Positions 7,784 to 15,739 of a DNA stretch of 15,739 nucleotides are shown one piece after another (positions within the stretch are counted from its first letter, which is position 1; every line of letters begins with the position of its first letter). Under the pieces are notes generated by a model that ran no database searches, had not been told where the DNA came from, and saw only the letters and a list, made by a program, of their open reading frames with translations. The stretch is from Methanomicrobiales archaeon (lineage in GTDB: Archaea; Halobacteriota; Methanomicrobia; Methanomicrobiales; Methanospirillaceae), in contig JBAXJR010000048.1 of assembly GCA_037137755.1 (NCBI GenBank), positions 1 to 15,739 of the forward strand. Direction: 5' to 3'. A program made the position numbers and the translations under genes.

Positions 7784-8659
7784 TTGGAGGACGAAATATT
7801 CGATAAATACTGCCAGGCCGGGGCTTTTGCTGCATCGGTAATCAGGAAAGGGGCCATGGAGATCAGGCCGGGTGCACCCTACCTTGAGGTTATTGAGTTC
7901 ATCGAGGATATGGCCTCTTCAGGCGAATCAGGCCTTGCATTCCCACTAAACATCTCCCTGAACGAAGATGCTGCGCATGACACTGCATCAGCCGGAGATG
8001 AACGGGTATTTGCACCCGGGGACCTGGTCAAGCTCGACCTCGGGGTTCACTTCGATGGTTATATCGCAGATACGGCTATTACCGTCGACCTTGGAAACAA
8101 CGGGCTCCTCGTGGACGCATCCCGGGAAGCTCTATCCCGGGCTATTGATAAGGTGCGCCCGGGTGCGACCGTAGGAGAACTTGGGTTCGCTATCCAGTCC
8201 GAAATAGAAGGCAGGGGTTACCGGCCAATCGCAAACCTCACCGGTCATGGTCTCGGCAGGTTTGTCGTGCACAGGTCCCCGAGCATCCCCAATGTTGCAA
8301 TACAGGGGGGGGCCGTGCTTGAAGAGGGGATGGTTTTTGCTATTGAACCATTTGCAACGACCGGGTCAGGCCATGTAAGCGAGAAAAAGCGGGTTGAGAT
8401 ATTCCAGCAGATTTCCCAGAAGCCGGTGCGACTCGCCACGGCAAGGAAGGTCCTGGAGGCGGTCAGCGGACGGCAGGGTCTGCCCTTCGCAAAGCGGTGG
8501 CTCCCGGATAACAAGCCGGAGATCGCCCTCACAACCCTTATCCGCTCCGGTGTGGTCCACGCATACCCGGTATTGTCGGACGTCCCCGGCTCCCTCGTCT
8601 CGCAGCATGAACATACCGTCATCGTTACTGAAGATCACTGTGTTGTGACAACGGCATGA
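7784..8659 (+). CDS. map: Methionine aminopeptidase type II
   Basis: AFPLN..NEDAAH, KLDLGVHFDGYIADTA, NLTGHGL, FAIEPFAT, SQHEHT. TTG 7784 follows SD AGGTGA (7773-7778); GTG 7775 is the alternative start. Confidence 0.95.
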   Translation: MEDEIFDKYCQAGAFAASVIRKGAMEIRPGAPYLEVIEFIEDMASSGESGLAFPLNISLNEDAAHDTASAGDERVFAPGDLVKLDLGVHFDGYIADTAITVDLGNNGLLVDASREALSRAIDKVRPGATVGELGFAIQSEIEGRGYRPIANLTGHGLGRFVVHRSPSIPNVAIQGGAVLEEGMVFAIEPFATTGSGHVSEKKRVEIFQQISQKPVRLATARKVLEAVSGRQGLPFAKRWLPDNKPEIALTTLIRSGVVHAYPVLSDVPGSLVSQHEHTVIVTEDHCVVTTA

Positions 8660-8703
8660 GATACTCTTATCCGATGCCAGATTGAATATTAAAGGTTACA
8701 GCC

Positions 8704-9978
8704 ATGTCTGGAGACGACGAGACCCTGAAAATTCTGGATGTGCTCCTCTGCGCAGAAATATTCAACCAGAACCCGAATCTGGATGTGAATGACCTTACGC
8801 CGGAGCACAGGATCATGTTCGGACTCGGTTCTGCGTCCGGAATTAAAAGGCCGGTTATGGTCAATGAAAGTACAATCCGGCGGGTACTTCTGATCAACGA
8901 CCCGCGCGGAAAAGTCGCGGACAACCCGGTAGTAATCTACGAGGAGTTTGGACAGAGGTTTCGGATACCGGCACTTGAGGCGGCAGCGAAATGGTACCTG
9001 GGCCACGGGGGCATGCCCTACATAAAAAAGAACCCGGCTCTGGCATTTTATTTTGAGAATCTTGACTCTTCCGAGATTTCATATCGTGAAGTAAAGTCCC
9101 AGAACCCACCGTTTGAGGACAGCAGGTCATACCTTGACGCGAAAATATCAGAGATAATCGCTGCTGATGAACGCCTGCGGGCTGCAATGGACCTTATTAT
9201 CATCAATGCACCTGATGAGATCGAGCAGCAGATCGATGACCTGGTCTGCACATCAGAACAAAAAAACATCATCGCAAAAATGGGGGTGGCTATTCTTCAC
9301 CGTGAATTCCTGTTGAAACACAGGATCCACGAGGTGGGAAAGCTGTTATTCGTAGGCCCGCCGGGGACAGGAAAGACATCGCTTGCACTTGCGATGTCCC
9401 ATGCCATGCATATGCCCATCCTCGAGGTCAGGCTCTCGATGATCACATCACAATACCTCGGGGAGACCTCGAAAAATATCGACAGGATATTCGAATTTGC
9501 GAAAAAACTTTCACCCTGTATCCTGTTTATCGACGAGTTTGATTACGTGGCCAAGAGCAGGGTGACCGATGACCATGGCGCCATGAAAAGGGCCGTTAAC
9601 TCCCTCCTGAAAAACATCGATAAAATGAACCTCGTGAAAAACGGGGTGCTCCTCATCGGCGCCACGAACCACCCCCAGCTTCTCGACGAGGCGGCATGGC
9701 GCAGGTTTGACGAGGTCGTTGAGTTTTCGCTGCCCAGTGAAGAGATGCGGGAGCGGATCCTGAAAAAGATCACCCATTCTTTTGGCTGCGATTGCGATTT
9801 CCGTTACCTCGCTGCCCAGACAGAAGGACTTTCGGGTTCAGACCTCCGCATGCTGGTAAAAGAGGCATTACTCTCATCGATCATGGATGGCCGGAAAGCC
9901 CCTGAACAGAGCGATATTGAGAAAGGAATCCAGATGGTGAAAAGCCGGGGCGTTATCCGGAACCTTAACTGGTTGTAG
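8704..9978 (+). CDS. Single-domain AAA+ ATPase with uncharacterised N-terminal region
   Basis: Walker A GPPGTGKT, pore loop SQYLGE, Walker B ILFIDEFD, SRH ATNHPQLLDEAAWRRFD. Confidence 0.92.
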   Translation: MSGDDETLKILDVLLCAEIFNQNPNLDVNDLTPEHRIMFGLGSASGIKRPVMVNESTIRRVLLINDPRGKVADNPVVIYEEFGQRFRIPALEAAAKWYLGHGGMPYIKKNPALAFYFENLDSSEISYREVKSQNPPFEDSRSYLDAKISEIIAADERLRAAMDLIIINAPDEIEQQIDDLVCTSEQKNIIAKMGVAILHREFLLKHRIHEVGKLLFVGPPGTGKTSLALAMSHAMHMPILEVRLSMITSQYLGETSKNIDRIFEFAKKLSPCILFIDEFDYVAKSRVTDDHGAMKRAVNSLLKNIDKMNLVKNGVLLIGATNHPQLLDEAAWRRFDEVVEFSLPSEEMRERILKKITHSFGCDCDFRYLAAQTEGLSGSDLRMLVKEALLSSIMDGRKAPEQSDIEKGIQMVKSRGVIRNLNWL

Positions 9979-9979
9979 T

Positions 9980-10702
9980 ATGAAGATTACGCTGCTGGGA
10001 ACCGGGGATGCAACAGGCACGCCAAAGATTGGCTGCAGGTGCCCGCAATGTTCACATGCGCAGGAAACCGGAATAACGAGGCTCAGAACGTCCCTCCTTG
10101 TGGAACATGGCGGGAAGAACATCCTCATTGATTCCTCCCCGGACCTCCGCCAGCAGTTACTCCGGTGCGGTTCACCACATATTGACGCGGTGATATGGAC
10201 CCACGGGCATTATGACCATTTTATGGGGTATGGTGAGTTCTACCGTGTTCAGGACCTGCCTCCTGTCTACGCGGCCCCGCCGGTTCTCGAGTATTGCGGG
10301 GGCATTTTTTCTTTCATGTCGTTTCGTCATAACCCGGTTGAGGTATATGAGCCGTTCACCCTTTTCGGAATAACCTTTACCCTGGTCGAGGTAAACCACC
10401 CTCCGGTCTACAGCTGTGGGATTGTTATCACCCATGAAGATGTAACAATCGGATACACGGCAGATACACGGGCGGATATTCCTGAACATAGCAGAAAACT
10501 GCTCTCGCAGGCCAATCTCCTTCTTGTTGACGCACTGGCACCGAGGGGCTACCACGTCTACAAACATATGAGCTATGAAGAGGCATGCCAGATGGCAGCG
10601 GACCTTGAAGCAGGGGATTTCCGGTGCGTCCATATGAGTCATGCAATCAGCTGGGACCTCCCCCACATTGGAAAAGACGGGGAATGTTTCCAGTTCAATT
10701 GA
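9980..10702 (+). CDS. MBL-fold metallo-hydrolase (PhnP-like phosphodiesterase)
   Basis: LLGTGDATGTP, CRCPQC zinc motif, THGHYDH, H..Y, YTADT, HMS and HMSH motifs. Confidence 0.9.
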   Translation: MKITLLGTGDATGTPKIGCRCPQCSHAQETGITRLRTSLLVEHGGKNILIDSSPDLRQQLLRCGSPHIDAVIWTHGHYDHFMGYGEFYRVQDLPPVYAAPPVLEYCGGIFSFMSFRHNPVEVYEPFTLFGITFTLVEVNHPPVYSCGIVITHEDVTIGYTADTRADIPEHSRKLLSQANLLLVDALAPRGYHVYKHMSYEEACQMAADLEAGDFRCVHMSHAISWDLPHIGKDGECFQFN

Positions 10703-10924
10703 CATTGGTTCGATACTGACTCAGGCGTGCTTTGTTTATGTCTCCGTAACTGGACCAGGCAACTCAAGGGTACCGGTATTCATGGATCATACTGTTATCG
10801 ACCCCGGGTGAAACCCGAATCATGCACCCCGTAGGCAAAACAGCTCCCGGTCTGTTTTTCACCCAGCTCATGGAGGGGATATCACCAATACTATTATGGG
10901 GGTCACATTCCCAATCATAGGTGA

Positions 10925-11194
10925 ATGAATATTAAGTTGCTCGAGCTGGAAAAAGACAAGGCCAGGCTGATTATTCAGGGGGAGGGACATACCTTCATGA
11001 ATACCCTGACGGACGAGATCCTGAAGGACCCTGATGTCGATGTGGCCAGATACGTTATAGAATTCCAGTTTTCAGACCCCGAACTCCTGGTAACCACAAA
11101 TGGCAAGAAAGATCCGCTGGATGTGATCCGGGACGCATGCAGCAGGGTCTCAGGGCACTGCGATGAACTCATTGCACTCATGAAAAAACAGTAA
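10925..11194 (+). CDS. rpoL: DNA-directed RNA polymerase subunit L (Rpo11)
   Basis: GEGHTFMNTL..EILKDPDVDVARY pattern of the RPB11/RpoL family; 89 aa. Confidence 0.93.
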   Translation: MNIKLLELEKDKARLIIQGEGHTFMNTLTDEILKDPDVDVARYVIEFQFSDPELLVTTNGKKDPLDVIRDACSRVSGHCDELIALMKKQ

Positions 11195-11200
11195 AAAACA

Positions 11201-11218
11201 TTTTTTTTATTTCATTTT
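11201..11218 (+). terminator. Oligo-T terminator after rpoL
   Basis: T8 plus further T-runs directly after the stop codon. Confidence 0.55.
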
Positions 11219-11279
11219 AGCCACGCCGGCCCTGTAATTACGGCCTGCGGGATAAAGGGTTGTTGTGGTCAGTATGAGA

Positions 11280-11894
11280 TTATACGGCCCGTTCCGTGAA
11301 GACGATAGACCCGGATATCCTGGCAATCTTAACCTTTACCGTCTGACCCGGCTTTGAATTTGAGACATACATGATGTATTTCCCCATTTTTACCACACCG
11401 TCGCCACGCTTAGAAACGGACTGGATCTCAACTTCAAGAATTGCGCCTTCCTGCAGCTCGTTTGTAATGGGTTCCGTTCGTGCTTTTCTCTTCTTGACCG
11501 GGCGGTGACCCCCGCAGGCGTCACAACGCAGGAGGAGGAACCGGTCATCTTTCACGAGACGGGTATCTGGCCGGCCACATTCAGAGCAGATCACGTAATC
11601 TTCCACGTAGCTCTTGACCAGGGAGTTTATCAGGGTGCTTTCAAATTTTCCGTTAAATATCGCCCTATTGCCATCGATCTTGCCTGCAGTACCGAGTTCC
11701 CCAAGGAGGAACTTCATCAGGTGATCCTTATCGCGTCTCGCAACGTCTGCAATTTCAACGAAATTTTCGAATACGGTGGTCTTCCCTTCAATATAGCTCT
11801 TCGTTTCCGGAACGGTAAACCGTTCGTGGGACTCACTGACCTCCGGCATATGTGAGTATGCCTTGTTTAAAAGTGCCTCATACGATTCGACCAT
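11280..11894 (-). CDS. eif2b: Translation initiation factor aIF-2 beta subunit with C-terminal TRAM domain
   Basis: True start MVESYEALL at 11894. ERFTVP, ELGTAG, zinc ribbon [12 protein letters not shown]...CDACG, TRAM-like tail ([27 protein letters not shown]). Confidence 0.94.
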   Translation of the reverse strand: MVESYEALLNKAYSHMPEVSESHERFTVPETKSYIEGKTTVFENFVEIADVARRDKDHLMKFLLGELGTAGKIDGNRAIFNGKFESTLINSLVKSYVEDYVICSECGRPDTRLVKDDRFLLLRCDACGGHRPVKKRKARTEPITNELQEGAILEVEIQSVSKRGDGVVKMGKYIMYVSNSKPGQTVKVKIARISGSIVFTERAV

Positions 11895-12085
11895 AGTTGT
11901 ATAGTATAAGGGGTGTCCGGGGTAATAATTGTGGGTAAATAGTACCACCCGGGTCCGATCTGGCTCACATGGTTTCCGGGGCATAGTTGGAGGGTTTTCC
12001 CCTTTTCAATCAGCCAGTGCCCACCCACTCTGCTCGAAATGATCCCCACGGCCCTGCAACGGCAGGGTCAGTATGATACCACTTC

Positions 12086-12092
12086 AAAAAAA
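12086..12092 (-). terminator. Oligo-T terminator after ilvC
   Basis: T7 on the minus strand ~10 nt after the ilvC stop. Confidence 0.5.
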
Positions 12093-12102
12093 GATATTCT
12101 GT

Positions 12103-13092
12103 TTATTGCCTGAACTGGGGCATCAGGGCACGGACTTCCGCACCAACTTTTTCTACAAGGGACTCTTCGTCCCTCTTGGTCAGGGCGTTAAATACCGGGC
12201 GGTTAACTGTGTTCTCAAGCATCCATTCCCTTGCAAACTCACCGTTCTGGATCTCCTCAAGTATCTCGCGCATCGCGGCCCGGGACTCGTAACCGATAAC
12301 ACGCGGCCCCCGGGTGATATCCCCGTACTGCGCCGTATTACTAATATATTTCCTCATATTCGTTAAACCGCCCTCGTAAATAAGGTCGACAATAAGCTTC
12401 GTTTCATGGAGTACCTCGAGGTACGCCATTTCCGGGGAATACCCGGCTTCCACGAGGGTCTCAAACCCGGCCTTGATCAGAGATGTTATCCCTCCGCATA
12501 ATACAGCCTGCTCCCCGAAGAGGTCGGTCTCGGTCTCTTCACGGAACGAGGTTTCGAGTACCACGGCACGGGTCGCGCCGATACCTTTTGCGTACGCAAG
12601 TGCAATCTTGTGTGCAGTTCCTGTGTAGTCCTGGTGGACGGCAATCAATGCAGGAACACCCTTTCCTTCTTCATATTGCCGCCTTACCATGAACCCGGGT
12701 CCTTTCGGGGCAACCATGATTACGTTGACATCCCCGGGTGGGACGATCTGACCAAAATGAATATTGAACCCATGGGAGAACATCAGTGTTTTCCCTTTCG
12801 TAAGGTACGGCTTAACCTCACCCCTGTATACCGCGGCCTGGTTTTCATCGGGCAGGAGTATCTGCACCACGTCAGCCATTTTCACGGCTTCCATGACCGG
12901 GTACACCTTGAACCCGTCCGAGGTAGCCGCGTCCCAGCTTTTTCCCGGGCGGAGCCCGATGATTACGTCCATCGCACTGTCACGAAGGTTCAGTGCCTGG
13001 CCCCTTCCCTGGGATCCATACCCGATAACCGCGATACGCTTCCCGGACAGGACACTCAGGTCCGCATCTGACTCATAGTATTTTTTCAGCAT
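12103..13092 (-). CDS. ilvC: Ketol-acid reductoisomerase (class I)
   Basis: [42 protein letters not shown]; strong SD AAGGAGG upstream. Confidence 0.97.
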   Translation of the reverse strand: MLKKYYESDADLSVLSGKRIAVIGYGSQGRGQALNLRDSAMDVIIGLRPGKSWDAATSDGFKVYPVMEAVKMADVVQILLPDENQAAVYRGEVKPYLTKGKTLMFSHGFNIHFGQIVPPGDVNVIMVAPKGPGFMVRRQYEEGKGVPALIAVHQDYTGTAHKIALAYAKGIGATRAVVLETSFREETETDLFGEQAVLCGGITSLIKAGFETLVEAGYSPEMAYLEVLHETKLIVDLIYEGGLTNMRKYISNTAQYGDITRGPRVIGYESRAAMREILEEIQNGEFAREWMLENTVNRPVFNALTKRDEESLVEKVGAEVRALMPQFRQ

Positions 13093-13131
13093 GGTCTCTC
13101 CTCCTTATATCAGCAACCAAGCACATAAATA

Positions 13132-13141
13132 TTTTATAAAA
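13132..13141. promoter_or_regulatory. Palindromic TATA-like element between divergent ilvC and mptA
   Basis: TTTTATAAAA reads the same on both strands; lies ~40 nt before the ilvC ATG. Confidence 0.5.
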
Positions 13142-13158
13142 AAACTAATCAGAGTACC

Positions 13159-14163
13159 TTGGGTTATATCCCTTTTGGAGAGCGATCAACCATTAAAGAG
13201 ACAACAGAACCGAGATTTGGGGGCATTCTGCCTGATGTTCAATCCACATGCCCTGATATACGCATTAATCTGACCCGGGTGGGGGTCAAGAATGTGAAAA
13301 AACTCGTAGAAGTCTCCCGTCCTGACAGGCGCCCGGTAATTTTCATTTCAAATTTTGATGTCTTCGTTGACCTTCCCGGAAGTCTCAAAGGAGCAAACCT
13401 CTCAAGAAATTTTGAAGTGATCGATGAAGTGCTCCAGCAGGCGATTGATGGTGATGTGAAGGAGATTGAAGAGCTTTGCAGTGTAGTCGCACGAAAGCTA
13501 CTCGACCGTCATGAATATGCCGACCGCACCGAGGTCCTGATGCGAAGCCAGTTCATGGTAAAACGGGAGACCCCGGTCAGCAAGACCAGTTGCCACGAGG
13601 TCGTCAGTGTCCACGCACGGGCGGTTGCCAGGAGAACATTCCGGAGCCCCATAGTCAGGAAGAGTATCGGGGCGGAAGTGATGGGGATGACCGCATGCCC
13701 CTGTGCCCAGAATATCATGAAAGAACGGGCACAATATGTCCTCGAGGATCTCAAGGTCGATAAGGAGACCATCACAAAGTTCTTTGACGAGGTACCCATG
13801 GCCACGCACAACCAAAGAGGCCGCGGATTTCTCTGCATTGAAACAGATGACGACCAGCACGTAAAACTCGAAACGATCATCGATATCCTGAAGGAGTCGA
13901 TGAGCGCCCCGATTTTTGAACTCCTCAAACGGGGAGATGAAAGTTACGTGGTCCTTTCAGCACATAAAAACCCGAGATTTGTTGAGGACTGCGTGCGGGA
14001 GATGGCAAAAAAGGTCCTGGCAGAATTCCATGATCTTTCCGGAGATGCCCTCGTCACAATAAAACAGACCAACGAGGAGAGTATCCACCAGCATGATGCC
14101 TACGCTGAACGCCAGGCAACAATCGCCGAACTTTTCGTCGAGCTGAACGGCGAAATCCAGTAA
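13159..14163 (+). CDS. mptA: GTP cyclohydrolase MptA (FolE2 family; methanopterin biosynthesis); start codon uncertain
   Basis: LPDVQ..LTRVGV, KGANLSRN, GMTACPCAQ, THNQRG, LLKRGDE, NPRFVED, EESIHQHDA. Confidence 0.95.
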   Translation: MGYIPFGERSTIKETTEPRFGGILPDVQSTCPDIRINLTRVGVKNVKKLVEVSRPDRRPVIFISNFDVFVDLPGSLKGANLSRNFEVIDEVLQQAIDGDVKEIEELCSVVARKLLDRHEYADRTEVLMRSQFMVKRETPVSKTSCHEVVSVHARAVARRTFRSPIVRKSIGAEVMGMTACPCAQNIMKERAQYVLEDLKVDKETITKFFDEVPMATHNQRGRGFLCIETDDDQHVKLETIIDILKESMSAPIFELLKRGDESYVVLSAHKNPRFVEDCVREMAKKVLAEFHDLSGDALVTIKQTNEESIHQHDAYAERQATIAELFVELNGEIQ

Positions 14164-14170
14164 ATTTCCC

Positions 14171-14177
14171 CTTTTTT
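14171..14177 (+). terminator. Oligo-T terminator after mptA
   Basis: T7 tract ~8 nt after the stop codon. Confidence 0.5.
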
Positions 14178-14480
14178 TAACGCATATCTGCAGTTTTACT
14201 ACGTTTCCCCAGTACCATTTGATCCCCTGTAATGGTGCGGCCCAAACAATAATCGTTCAGGTATCACCCGGTTCTCTGTGCAAGGATCCCGGAATATATT
14301 CCGACAACCAGTCTGTCACTGTTTCAGAGCCGGATCCCGATCTGAATTCCAGTTCGTTTCCACCTTCACACTGATAAATGAACCTCTTAAAAAAATACGC
14401 CCCAGAAGTTCCCGGAAAACCGGAAAAAACATGGATTATCTCTCTTCTCTTCCGCGAAATCGGCACTATCAGGAGAATTG

Positions 14481-14497
14481 CAAAGCAGATATATAAT
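14481..14497 (+). promoter_or_regulatory. Putative BRE/TATA promoter of the frh operon
   Basis: CAAAGCAG followed by ATATATAAT; implies a TSS near 14515-14520 and a ~100-nt leader. Confidence 0.55.
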
Positions 14498-14619
14498 TGG
14501 AAGATGTAAAATTAAGCTGAACGTACTAGGTACGGTCAAAAGATCTCCTTAGAAGAGATTTGTGTGGATTACACCGGTATCGCGAAATGAACAACTCAGC
14601 ATAAGATGAGGCGATAATA

Positions 14620-15739
14620 TTGTCGAAAGTTGTAGAGATTTCCCCAACCACAAGACACGAGGGACACTCAAAACTTGTCTTGAAGGTTAACGACGCAGGT
14701 ATCATCGAAACGGGTAACTGGTGTTCCATTACCCCGGTGAGGGGAGTTGAGAGACTCGCCGTCGGTAAGTCGATGGAACAAGTCCCCAAAATTGCGTCCC
14801 GTGTCTGTGGTATTTGTCCAATTGCCCACACACTTGCAGGGATAGAATCAATGGAAGCATCGATCGGGTGTGAAATACCCCAGGATGCGTACCTCCTGCG
14901 AGTGATCCTTCAGTTGGCAAACAGACTGCACAGCCATGCACTGCATGATATCCTGATCCTGCCCGATCTGTATATACCGGGCACCGATACGAAGATCAAC
15001 CCGTTCACTCCTGAAGAGCCAGTGCGCAGCGTTGCAAAGCGTATCCAGAGGATACGTGAAATTGGTCAGACCATTGGTCAGATCGCCGGCGGAGAAGCCG
15101 TGCACCCGAGCAACCCGCGCATCGGTGGTATGTACAAGGCATGTACCCCGCGGGCAAAGGCCAAAATGTACGACCTCGCCAAAGAGGGCCTCGTACTCGC
15201 CCACCAGCAGATGGACTTCATGATTGCGGTCATCCGGAACTTCCACAAGAGGGACTGGGCAGAAGTTGGTGGCAAGAAGATTGCAATCCCGAAGGACCTC
15301 GGGTTCCACAACCAGGGCTACATGGCAACACATCCGTTCTATGGAAGCACAAGCCTGGACGAGTGCCCGACCTGGGACTATGACCGCTTCAAGGAAGTAC
15401 GGCCATGGGACTGGTACATGGGTGAGATGGAAGTCGATCTCGCAGACCCGAGCTACCCGATTGGCGGGACATCCCCGGTAGGAACAAAAGTCAACCCGCA
15501 GATGGAAGCCTGCACGGGTATCCCGATGTACGATGGGGCACCTGTTGAAGTCGGTCCACGTGCACGTCTTGCAGTATTCAAGGGGTATGACGAGAAGGGA
15601 ACCGTCGGTCAGAACATCGCCCGTGAAATGGAATACACGGACAGCTTATATGCGATGTTGAATGCACTTGACGAGTACGACCCATCAGGCTCTGTCCTTG
15701 CGGACGAGATCCCCTGTGGTGACGGCTCAATGGGATGGT
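14620..15739 (+). CDS. frhA: Coenzyme F420-reducing [NiFe] hydrogenase alpha subunit (partial, runs off the window end)
   Basis: Manual translation from TTG 14620 (SD GAGGCGA): MSKVVEISPTTRHEGH...ITPVRGVE...ASRVCGICPIAH...HSHALH...GGEAVHP...VEVGPRAR. No stop to 15739. Absent from the ORF track. Confidence 0.95.
   Translation, partial: MSKVVEISPTTRHEGHSKLVLKVNDAGIIETGNWCSITPVRGVERLAVGKSMEQVPKIASRVCGICPIAHTLAGIESMEASIGCEIPQDAYLLRVILQLANRLHSHALHDILILPDLYIPGTDTKINPFTPEEPVRSVAKRIQRIREIGQTIGQIAGGEAVHPSNPRIGGMYKACTPRAKAKMYDLAKEGLVLAHQQMDFMIAVIRNFHKRDWAEVGGKKIAIPKDLGFHNQGYMATHPFYGSTSLDECPTWDYDRFKEVRPWDWYMGEMEVDLADPSYPIGGTSPVGTKVNPQMEACTGIPMYDGAPVEVGPRARLAVFKGYDEKGTVGQNIAREMEYTDSLYAMLNALDEYDPSGSVLADEIPCGDGSMGW

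Noticed and set aside
8704-10702. AAA+ ATPase plus MBL as an anti-phage defence system
   Set aside because: Sits in a housekeeping operon with similar composition, and the ATPase is classic-clade AAA rather than ABC or STAND type.
11895-11984. 30-aa N-terminal extension of aIF-2beta in the track
   Set aside because: Family similarity begins at ATG 11894; the extension covers the probable promoter.
14257-14496. Two overlapping ~70-aa ORFs in the mptA-frhA gap
   Set aside because: No SD or motifs, low-complexity composition, and overlap with the likely promoter region.
14526-15481. Several short ORFs on both strands in the track
   Set aside because: Explained by the uninterrupted frhA frame, which the track lacks because no stop codon falls in the window.
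1-15739. CRISPR array, IS element, or selenocysteine/pyrrolysine recoding
   Set aside because: No regularly spaced repeats, no transposase or terminal repeats, and no in-frame stops interrupting recognised genes. The visible FrhA N-terminal motif uses Cys; its C-terminal motif lies outside the window.

Overview
Core-genome window from a methanogenic archaeon, most consistent with Methanomicrobiales. The taxonomic call rests on MptA, an MfnE-like kinase, FrhA, archaeal EF-1beta, RpoL, aIF-2beta with TRAM domain, an archaeal SRP RNA and TATA-type promoters. It holds about 18 real CDS, two tRNAs (Asn-GUU and Ile2-CAU) and the SRP (7S) RNA. Two CDS are missing from the ORF track: a 53-aa zinc-finger gene (2862..3023) and frhA (TTG start at 14620, runs off the window end). 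I see no mobile element, CRISPR array or defence system, and no clear-cut novel system. The best leads are hypotheses: (1) an uncharacterised Cys-rich, SAM-methyltransferase-fold gene between the tRNA pair and the SRP RNA; (2) a structured ~100-nt frhA leader with tiny uORFs; (3) a tightly coupled AAA+ ATPase/MBL hydrolase pair behind two M24 peptidases; (4) SRP RNA ending ~16 nt before mdh; (5) a non-AUG start for mptA. All family assignments come from motif recognition by eye; no searches were run.
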